DNA from: Candidatus Iainarchaeum sp.
GTDB taxonomy: Archaea > Iainarchaeota > Iainarchaeia > Iainarchaeales > DTGL01
DNA: 26,873 nucleotides
Reading direction: 5' to 3'
NCBI GenBank assembly: GCA_038736825.1
Contig: JAVYME010000015.1
Coordinates: 1-26,873 of the forward strand
Shown one piece after another: positions 1-7,910 of this stretch. Below the pieces are notes generated by a model. The model was not told the DNA's origin, made no database searches, and saw only the letters and a program-made list of their open reading frames with translations. The position numbers were made by a program, and so were the translations under genes. Within the stretch, counting starts at the first letter, position 1, and every line of letters begins with the position of its first letter.

Positions 1-321
1 GAAAAAGGGCGCAATCCAATTCACAGTGAAAAGGAAAGGCTTGAAATGGTTCAAGCTTTAAAGCCAGTGGACCGCGCTGTTTTGGGCTTGAAAGGCAACA
101 AGCTTAAAATAATTGAAAGAGAACAGCCAAGCATTGTTGTTTTAGGCCACGACCACAAAATCCAAGAAAAGGCATTAGAGGCTTACCTTGCAAGACAGGG
201 CTTTTATTGCAAAATAGTGCGCTTGCCGGCTTTCAAGAGAAAAAAATTCAAGAGTTCTCTGGCAAGAAAAAAGATTTGTGCAAAAAAGGACGATTTAGGG
301 CTTGAAAAAATAAAATTTTAG
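1..321 (+). CDS. ribL: FAD synthase RibL (archaeal cytidylyltransferase-fold FMN adenylyltransferase), C-terminal part; the 5' end lies outside the window
   Basis: Frame 1 is open from base 1 (EKGRNPIHSEKERLEMVQALKPVDRAVLGLKGNKL...SIVVLGHD...). This KGR.PI..E.ER.EMV.ALKPVD.A.LG ... VLG.D pattern matches my recollection of the C-terminal half of M. jannaschii-type RibL. Stop TAG at 319-321. Confidence 0.65.
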   Translation, partial: EKGRNPIHSEKERLEMVQALKPVDRAVLGLKGNKLKIIEREQPSIVVLGHDHKIQEKALEAYLARQGFYCKIVRLPAFKRKKFKSSLARKKICAKKDDLGLEKIKF

Positions 322-326
322 GTTTT

Positions 327-791
327 TCAGGGCTTTGAAAGGAACTTGCACATTAAAATGTTGTCCTTGTCAACCCCGTTTTTTTTGAAAGCGTTTTTTA
401 AATAACCATATTGAGTGAAGCCCATTTTTTCAAATAATTTTTTTGCTGGCTTGTTGTCGGCTTGAACTTGCAATAAAACAATTTCTGTTCTGGATGGAAG
501 CAATTTTATGGCTTGATGCAATAATTCTGTTGCAATGCCCTGCCTTCGCTGGGATGGTTCTACTGAAAGCGAGTAAAGGGTTGCAATGTGGGAATGGTGT
601 GCGGAGCCAGGCTTTGCCATTATATGGCCTACAATCAAAGAGTCTTTTTCTGCTACGAGTCTCAAATTTGATTTTTTCAAAATCGTTTTTTTAATCTCTT
701 TTTTTGCTCGTGAAATGCCCCATTCAGGAAAAAGCAAGGACAAGCCTAAAGCGTCGCTTTCCCTTATTTTTCTCACAATAAAAGCAGTCAT
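327..791 (-). CDS. GNAT-family N-acetyltransferase (RimI-like size, 154 aa)
   Basis: GNAT motif A is present: LSVEPSQRRQGIATELLHQAI (Q/R-x-x-G-x-A) followed by KKLFEKMGF. It lies 17 bp downstream of the protease gene on the same strand. Confidence 0.8.
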   Translation of the reverse strand: MTAFIVRKIRESDALGLSLLFPEWGISRAKKEIKKTILKKSNLRLVAEKDSLIVGHIMAKPGSAHHSHIATLYSLSVEPSQRRQGIATELLHQAIKLLPSRTEIVLLQVQADNKPAKKLFEKMGFTQYGYLKNAFKKNGVDKDNILMCKFLSKP

Positions 792-808
792 TTTTTCCCT
801 TAAACTTT

Positions 809-1231
809 TCAGGTGGGTTTTTTTTCGTCTTTTATTTTCCTGCTTTCATGGCTTTTTCCCACATCTATTACGAAATCTGGATGGATTATGTCCCTTCCGA
901 TTAAGACTGGGCAAGCCATTTCAGAGCGGTCTGCAAGGGCAAACCTTGCTTTTTTTCTCAAGCCATGCAATACGAGTTCGCCTTTGACAATAGGCCGTCT
1001 AGTCCAGCCCTTGCTTTCACTCCTGCATTTCACTCTTGAAGTGCTTACAATTGGCCCCAAGCCGGCTTTTGCAGCAATTCGCATGTCCACGCTTGAACGG
1101 CTTGCTCCACTGTCAATCAAGGCTTTTGCTTCCACTGTTCTCTTTAAGCCGATTATTTGAACTATTTCCACAAGCCCTAAAACGTTTTTTCCATTCAAAG
1201 AGCCATGCAATGCCTTTTTTTTCTCAACCAT
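809..1231 (-). CDS. RimB-like putative protease (COG4067 / DUF785 'ATP-dependent zinc protease' family, retropepsin-like fold)
   Basis: LGLVEIVQIIGLKRTVEAKALIDSGASRSSVD matches the family pattern (G..E.v.l..l....KaKiDTGA.tSs) with a D-S/T-G-A aspartyl-protease signature. The ~140 aa size is typical. It lies next to RimK-type genes, as in bacteria. Confidence 0.65.
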   Translation of the reverse strand: MVEKKKALHGSLNGKNVLGLVEIVQIIGLKRTVEAKALIDSGASRSSVDMRIAAKAGLGPIVSTSRVKCRSESKGWTRRPIVKGELVLHGLRKKARFALADRSEMACPVLIGRDIIHPDFVIDVGKSHESRKIKDEKKPT

Positions 1232-1271
1232 TGATATAAAATGAAAAACAAAAAAGTTTTAAACGCAAGGC

Positions 1272-1289
1272 TTTGGCTTTAAAGCCAAA
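1272..1289. promoter_or_regulatory. Perfect 18-bp palindrome TTTGGCTTTAAAGCCAAA in the divergent promoter region between the protease/GNAT and RimK operons
   Basis: Read directly: tttggcttt|aaagccaaa is self-complementary. It is located 41 bp from the protease start and 116 bp from the RimK-like start. A regulatory role is inferred only. Confidence 0.3.
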
Positions 1290-1404
1290 AAAAAGGCGAA
1301 AAAGGCAGTTGGTGGTTCAACAGAAAGGGTTTTATTCCTTCAACCTCCTTTACCTATTAACTTTTTGGCATTGATGCATTGTTTGGTTTATGTGAGGCTT
1401 TCAA

Positions 1405-2259
1405 ATGAAACTTTTAATGGTTACAAAAAAGGCAAGGAAAAGGCATCCCTTTCTTGAAAAAGCCTTTAAGGAAAAGGGTTTTGAAGTAAAAAATGTTGAC
1501 ATTAAGGAAGTAAGCCTTTTCTCTAGCAGGGGCAAGTCCAGAATTGAAGGCCCCAAGCTTTGCTTGAAAAAAACAAAAGCGGTTTACTTGGAGGCTGGCT
1601 TAAAGTTAACCCAGTTTGTGGAGCCATTGCTTGACGAAATTGAAAGAAGGGGCATTTATTGTCAAGTGAAAGCTGGCTCGCACTATGTGTTGTCCAACGA
1701 GCCCTTGCAGACAACAACGCTTAACAGTTTTGAGGTTAGAATGCCTAGAACCTTTATTTTCAGAAGCCAGGGAAAAGTCAAAATTCTTGCAAACAAGCTT
1801 TCTTATCCAGCGCTTGTGAAAACCTTTGTCAAAGGCGAAAAAACCCAGCGCTTTATAGTTGATTCCCCGAAAGCCTTGCTTTCAGTTGCTGACAGTGTAA
1901 GGCACGAGCTTGACGGCATTATTGTGAGAGAGTTCATTGAAGGCGATTTAGACCAGTGCGCTGTAATAGGCGACAAGGTTTACAGCATTCAAAGAAAGTT
2001 TCAAAAAGACGCCATTCAGCCAGCAAAAAAGGCAAAAATGTCCTCGCTTTCAGCCAAGGACAGGGAAACAGCAATTCATGCTGCAAGGATTTGCGGTTGC
2101 GACATTGCCACTGTCAAAATGTGCAAGGGCTATGTTTTAAAGGTAAAGCCTTTAGTGGACTTTGTTCTTTTCAACAAAAAAACAGGCGCTGACCTTTTCA
2201 AGGATGTTGCAGAGCTTTTTGCGCAAAAAACCGGTTTTAAGGGAGTTGAAAGCCCATGA
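1405..2259 (+). CDS. RimK-family ATP-grasp paralogue with degenerate catalytic motifs (probable non-catalytic partner)
   Basis: Length and layout parallel the downstream RimK gene (YPALVKTF..., IIVREFIEGD, DIATVKM...). However the Gly-rich loop reads KGEKTQRF, the R-x-N-x-x-x-G-G motif is absent, and the Mg-binding E-x-N reads K-V-K (VLKVKPLVDF). A GTGAGG SD lies 8 nt upstream of the ATG. The stop overlaps the next start (ATGA at 2256-2259). Confidence 0.6.
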   Translation: MKLLMVTKKARKRHPFLEKAFKEKGFEVKNVDIKEVSLFSSRGKSRIEGPKLCLKKTKAVYLEAGLKLTQFVEPLLDEIERRGIYCQVKAGSHYVLSNEPLQTTTLNSFEVRMPRTFIFRSQGKVKILANKLSYPALVKTFVKGEKTQRFIVDSPKALLSVADSVRHELDGIIVREFIEGDLDQCAVIGDKVYSIQRKFQKDAIQPAKKAKMSSLSAKDRETAIHAARICGCDIATVKMCKGYVLKVKPLVDFVLFNKKTGADLFKDVAELFAQKTGFKGVESP

Positions 2260-3149
2260 CAGGCAAATCAATTGCAATAATTGCAGCCAGCCATTACCAT
2301 AAAGCCAACAACAAAGTTTTAATAGAGGAAGCCCAAAAAGCCTTTGAAAACGTTCTCTTTGTGCCAATAAACCGCTTAATGATTGCTGAAGAAAAGGGAG
2401 AGTCCAAGATTCTCTTCAAAGGAATAAACCTTTTGGATTTTGACGCTTGCTATCCAAGGTTTGGCTCCAGGGATTATTTTATGGGTGAAGCTGTTCTAAA
2501 AATCCTTGACAATTCCAAAATTTACACGCCGGTTTCCCTTAAAGGATTCCAGTTGTCAAACCACAAATATTATTCAATAAAAAAGCTTGCAGAGGAAGGG
2601 CTTCCAACGCTTTTAACCTCGCTTTCGTCTTCGCCAGAGGTTGTTAAAAAAATTGCAAGCGAGTTTGATTTTCCCCTTGTTTTAAAACTAATAAGCGGTT
2701 TTGCCGGCAAAGGCGTAATGCTTGTCAACAATGACGGTCAATTAAAATCAATCCTTGACACAGTGCACTTGTTTGAAGAATACATTGCAACTCAAACCTA
2801 TGCGAAAAGCAAGGCAACAGACATTCGCTGTTATGTGTTTGGAGAAAAAGTGCTCACAGTAAAGCGCACTGGCGCAAAAGGCGACTGGCGTGCCAATATT
2901 TCTCGCGGCGGTAAAGCCGAAATAATTCCAGAAAACAAAAAAATGAGCGAAATTGCAGTAAAAGCCTCGAAAATCCTTGGCTTTGACATTTGCTCGATAG
3001 ACTTCATTCAAACCAAATTGTTGCCCGAAGGCTTTGCAATCATTGAAGCCAACTTCCAGCCAGGGCCATTCCGCAAGTTTTTAGGCAACACTGTGCCAAA
3101 AGAAATGATGGAATTCATAAGGCAAAAAGTGGACAAGGCAAAAAAGTGA
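2256..3149 (+). CDS. RimK-family ATP-grasp ligase (alpha-L-glutamate ligase type), motifs intact
   Basis: The motifs are FPLVLKLISGFAGKGVMLV (Lys plus Gly-rich loop), DIRCYVFGEKVLTVKRTGAKGDWRANISRGGKAEII (compare E. coli RimK DIRCLVVG...EGDFRSNLHRGG) and CSIDFIQT...FAIIEANFQPG (D...E-x-N). Confidence 0.85.
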   Translation: MTGKSIAIIAASHYHKANNKVLIEEAQKAFENVLFVPINRLMIAEEKGESKILFKGINLLDFDACYPRFGSRDYFMGEAVLKILDNSKIYTPVSLKGFQLSNHKYYSIKKLAEEGLPTLLTSLSSSPEVVKKIASEFDFPLVLKLISGFAGKGVMLVNNDGQLKSILDTVHLFEEYIATQTYAKSKATDIRCYVFGEKVLTVKRTGAKGDWRANISRGGKAEIIPENKKMSEIAVKASKILGFDICSIDFIQTKLLPEGFAIIEANFQPGPFRKFLGNTVPKEMMEFIRQKVDKAKK

Positions 3150-3163
3150 AAACAGGCAAAGCC

Positions 3164-4432
3164 TTAAAACAAGTCCAGTGTTTGCTTTCTATCTGCTCCA
3201 TAACTGATTATTTTTATTGGTGCTCCTGTTTCGCCTTGCACAAAGCGCAGGAAGTCTATTGCCTCTTGGGGCAAATCGTCAAAATTGGAGATTTTTTCAG
3301 GCAATTCAAAGCCTTTAAAGGTTTTATACTCTGGCTTGCATTTTGCCAGCAATTCAGTGTCAAATGGCACTTTAAAGAATTTTTTTGAATTGCACTTGTA
3401 AGAAACACAAGCATTGATTTCCTTTAATCCTGAAAGCACGTCCAGTTTTGTTATTGCTAAATCTGAAAAATTGTTTACTGTGTGTGCTGTGCGCAGCATT
3501 GGCAAATCAATCCAGCCAATTCTCCTGGGCCTTCCAGTGGTTGTGCCAAATTCTGCGCCTTTTTCCCTTAGCTTGTCAGCCAAAGCGCCCTTGATTTCTG
3601 TAACAAACGGTCCAGAGCCAACGCGAGTGCAATATGCTTTTACAACCCCAGTGCAAGCGCCAATTTTTCCCAATCCCAATCCAATGCCTGTTAAAGCGCC
3701 TCCAGCAATTGGGTGCGAGCTTGTCACAAAAGGGTAAGTGCCAAAATCTTTGTCCAAAAAAGTGCCTTGCGCTCCCTCAAGCAATACATTTTTTCCAGCA
3801 TCAATTGCTTGGTTCACTTTTTCAGAGCAATCACACAAGTATTTTTTCAAAAAACCAGAGTATTGAGTGAACTCTTTGATTGTTTTTTGAATTGAAAACT
3901 CTGGTTTCAAGCCATACACTGCACTGATTTCTCTGGCTTTTTTGAAACCAATTTCTTTTATTTTAACGGAAAGCCTTTTTTTGTCAGCAAAATCGCAAAA
4001 CCTGATGCCTTGCCTTGAAGCCCTGTCCGCATAGCAAGGGCCTATGCCTCTCCCTGTTGTGCCAATTTTTGCTTTTCCTTTTGCTTTTTCGCTTGCCCCA
4101 TCCAATTGCTTGTGCCAGGGCATTATTAAGTGGGCTCTTCCGTCAATGAAGAGTTTTATTTTGCGCCCTGTTTTTTCAATCATTTTGATTTCTTCAACCA
4201 AAACCTGTGGGTCTATGGCAACGCCTGCGCAAATGCAGCATTCTTTTCCTTGCACTGCCCCGCTTGGCATTAAATGGAATTTAAAGGTTTCTTTTCCTGT
4301 CACCACTGTGTGCCCTGCATTGTTGCCGCCATTGAATCTTGCCACTAAATCGGCTTTTTCTGCAAAAAAATCCACTATTTTGCCTTTTCCTTCATCCCCA
4401 AACTGGGCTCCAACAATTATTCTGGCAGGCAT
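3164..4432 (-). CDS. purA: Adenylosuccinate synthetase
   Basis: GAQFGDEGKGKIVD P-loop, NAGHTV, GTTGRGIGPCYADR and GTTTGRPRRIGW motifs. Full-length at 422 aa. Confidence 0.95.
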   Translation of the reverse strand: MPARIIVGAQFGDEGKGKIVDFFAEKADLVARFNGGNNAGHTVVTGKETFKFHLMPSGAVQGKECCICAGVAIDPQVLVEEIKMIEKTGRKIKLFIDGRAHLIMPWHKQLDGASEKAKGKAKIGTTGRGIGPCYADRASRQGIRFCDFADKKRLSVKIKEIGFKKAREISAVYGLKPEFSIQKTIKEFTQYSGFLKKYLCDCSEKVNQAIDAGKNVLLEGAQGTFLDKDFGTYPFVTSSHPIAGGALTGIGLGLGKIGACTGVVKAYCTRVGSGPFVTEIKGALADKLREKGAEFGTTTGRPRRIGWIDLPMLRTAHTVNNFSDLAITKLDVLSGLKEINACVSYKCNSKKFFKVPFDTELLAKCKPEYKTFKGFELPEKISNFDDLPQEAIDFLRFVQGETGAPIKIISYGADRKQTLDLF

Positions 4433-4492
4433 ATTGTTTCCCTTTTACAAAGCATAAAACCTTTTTTAAAGTCTTTTGTGGTGTTTTAATAA

Positions 4493-5941
<1,449 letters not shown>

Positions 5942-5948
5942 TGAGAGA

Positions 5949-7145
5949 ATGCCTTTTTCTTCAATTGAAAGCGCATTAAAAGACTTGAAAAAAGGAAAAA
6001 TAGTGATAGTTGTTGACGATGGCTCGCGAGAAAACGAGGGAGACATGCTTTGCGCAGCGCAAAAAATAACCGAAACCCAGATGAATTTTATAATCAAAAA
6101 CACTTCAGGCATAATTTGTGCAGCAATTGATGAAACCATTGCCAAACAATTCTCGTTGCCTCCAATGACTTTTTCAAGAGACCGCTTTGGAACAGGCTTC
6201 ACTGTCAGTGTGGACGCAAAAAAAGGCACAACAACAGGGGTTTCCGCTGGAGACAGAGTGAAAACAGTTAAAACCTTGGCAAACCCGAAAGCCAGCGAAG
6301 AAGACTTGTTCAAGCCAGGGCATGTTTTTCCAATAGTTGCAAGACCTGGTGGAGTGCTTGAAAGAGTGGGGCATACAGAGGCAAGCGTTGATTTAATGAA
6401 ATTAGCTGGCTTGAGACCAGTGGGAGTTATTGGAGAGACAATGATGCCTAACGGTGAAATGGCAAGGCTTCCCTATATTGAAAAAATAGCGAAAGAAAAC
6501 AACTTGAAAATAGTTTCAATTTCCCAGCTTGTCACTTACAGGCTGAAAAAAGAGTGCTTGGTGGAAAAGGTTTCAGAGGCAAGCTTGAAGACAAGGTTTG
6601 GCGAATTCAAGGCAGTGGCTTTCAAGCACAAGATTTCAAGGGCAGAATATGTTGCATTAGTGAAAGGAAAATGGCGAAAGAGCGAGCCTGTCTTGGTTCG
6701 CATGCATTCAGGCTGCCTTACTGGCGATGTTTTTCATTCTTTGAGGTGTGATTGCGGCAAACAACTGGAAATGGCAATGCAAATGATTCAAAGAGAGGGC
6801 AAGGGAGCAATAGTTTACATTCCAGAGCATGAAGGAAGAGGAATAGGGCTGGCTAACAAAATAAAAGCTTACGCGTTACAGGAAAAAGGCTTGGATACAG
6901 TTGATGCAAACATAGAATTGGGTTTTGAGTGCGACATAAGGGATTACGGGATTGGAGCGCAAATAATAAGAGCGCTTGGAATAAAATTCATTAGATTGCT
7001 TACAAACAATCCAGCAAAAATAGTTGGGCTTGCAGGCTATGGATTGCAAATCACTGAAAGGGTTCCATTAAAGGCAAAGCCCACAAAGTATACAGCCAAA
7101 TACCTTGAAGTAAAGCGAAAAAAAATGGGTCATTTGCTGGACTGA
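5949..7145 (+). CDS. ribBA: Bifunctional 3,4-dihydroxy-2-butanone-4-phosphate synthase / GTP cyclohydrolase II
   Basis: The N-terminal half has VVDDGSRENEGDMLCAA (RibB). The C-terminal half has VRMHSGCLTGDVFHSLRCDCG, EHEGRGIGLANKIKAYALQ and LLTNNPAKI (GCH II with Zn cysteines). It starts 7 bp after guaB. Confidence 0.93.
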   Translation: MPFSSIESALKDLKKGKIVIVVDDGSRENEGDMLCAAQKITETQMNFIIKNTSGIICAAIDETIAKQFSLPPMTFSRDRFGTGFTVSVDAKKGTTTGVSAGDRVKTVKTLANPKASEEDLFKPGHVFPIVARPGGVLERVGHTEASVDLMKLAGLRPVGVIGETMMPNGEMARLPYIEKIAKENNLKIVSISQLVTYRLKKECLVEKVSEASLKTRFGEFKAVAFKHKISRAEYVALVKGKWRKSEPVLVRMHSGCLTGDVFHSLRCDCGKQLEMAMQMIQREGKGAIVYIPEHEGRGIGLANKIKAYALQEKGLDTVDANIELGFECDIRDYGIGAQIIRALGIKFIRLLTNNPAKIVGLAGYGLQITERVPLKAKPTKYTAKYLEVKRKKMGHLLD

Positions 7146-7254
7146 ATTTTACAGTGTTTTTGTGAAAAAACCTTTTTTTTCCGGTTTTTGTCTTTTTTTG
7201 TTTGAAAGCAAAGCCTTTTATTTTCTGCAATTATAATATTTTTGGTGAGTTTTT

Positions 7255-7578
7255 TTGCCAAGGACTGCTGTTTTGAAACCGGGTTTCAAGCGCATTAGTG
7301 TAGAGGTTCCAGTGGAAGTTGCAAGGACTCTTGAAATAATTGCAAGGCTTGAAGACAAGGATTTAAAGGACTTGCTTGTTGGAGCGCTCAAGGATTTTGT
7401 GCCAAGGGAAATAGAGCAAAACCAGCTGGACAAGCACGCGCTTTACAGGTTTTTGGATTCAAGGCTTTCATATGAAGACTTGGTTTTAATAATTGGCAAG
7501 GAAAAAGCAGAGGCTGCAAGCCACACTCAAAACATAAGGGGAAAGGCAAAAGAGTTCTTGAAAACACTGGAAGAATGA
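7255..7578 (+). CDS. Small ribbon-helix-helix (CopG-like) protein, hypothetical
   Basis: KRISVEVPVEVARTLEIIARLEDKDLKDLLVGALKDFV fits a strand-helix-helix layout. There is no in-frame ATG, so a TTG start is assumed, with GGTGAG 5 nt upstream. A T-rich terminator-like tract precedes it. Confidence 0.45.
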   Translation: MPRTAVLKPGFKRISVEVPVEVARTLEIIARLEDKDLKDLLVGALKDFVPREIEQNQLDKHALYRFLDSRLSYEDLVLIIGKEKAEAASHTQNIRGKAKEFLKTLEE

Positions 7579-7806
7579 ATTTTTCAAATGGTTATTGCTT
7601 GCAGTGTTTTCCATAAAAAGGATTTTTGCATGTTTTTCATTGCAAAATTGTTTTAATGGTTTAAAAGGCTGAAAGAACGCTTTAAGTGTTTTCCGAACAA
7701 CCAAACAAGCCTTAAAAAGGTTGTGCAGGGATTTAATTATAGCGGAAAAATGCCTGAAAAAGCCTTAAAAAAATAATTAACTTTAAAAAGTTAATGGGTT
7801 AAGTAT

Positions 7807-7816
7807 TTTTTATATT
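7807..7816 (+). promoter_or_regulatory. Archaeal TATA-box candidate (TTTTTATATT) for the uORF/DsbA-like transcript
   Basis: An AT box lies about 36 nt upstream of the GAGGTG SD (7852-7857) and 47 nt upstream of the ATG at 7863. An 18-bp palindrome (7777-7794) sits just upstream. Confidence 0.35.
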
Positions 7817-7862
7817 GGCTGGTGTTTTTACCGGTTTATATTGAAAAATGTGAGGTGTTTGA

Positions 7863-7910
7863 ATGGTTGAAGGAAAAGAATCAAAAAAATTGACCAAAAA
7901 GCCTTATTGA
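7863..7910 (+). CDS. 15-codon upstream ORF (MVEGKESKKLTKKPY) with the only strong SD in front of the DsbA-like gene; alternatively the true N-terminus of that gene separated by a frameshift
   Basis: GAGGTG at 7852-7857 lies 5 nt before the ATG at 7863. The stop TGA at 7908-7910 overlaps the ATG at 7910-7912 (TGATG). It contains TCA AAA AAA (A7 run at 7883-7889). Confidence 0.3.
   Translation: MVEGKESKKLTKKPY

Noticed and set aside
3414-4457. Several 60-137-aa plus-strand ORFs inside purA. Similar antisense ORFs occur inside guaB (4905-5412), ribBA (5882-6374), the radical SAM gene (16288-18021), the PLP enzyme (20441-21242), and others.
   Set aside because: All lie antisense to genes with strong family signatures. 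They have low-complexity, Leu/Phe/Ser-rich composition typical of shadow frames in AT-rich DNA, and lack SD or TATA signals.
5942-5948. FMN riboswitch upstream of ribBA. I also considered purine or SAM riboswitches upstream of purA/guaB and the PLP enzyme.
   Set aside because: Only 7 bp separate guaB and ribBA. The other leaders are under 90 bp, AT-rich, and lack the conserved helices. Such riboswitches are also rare in archaea.
7486-7704. 72-aa minus-strand ORF in the long intergenic region.
   Set aside because: It overlaps the 3' end of the RHH gene, has no start signal, and has a shadow-frame-like composition. The region is treated as non-coding.
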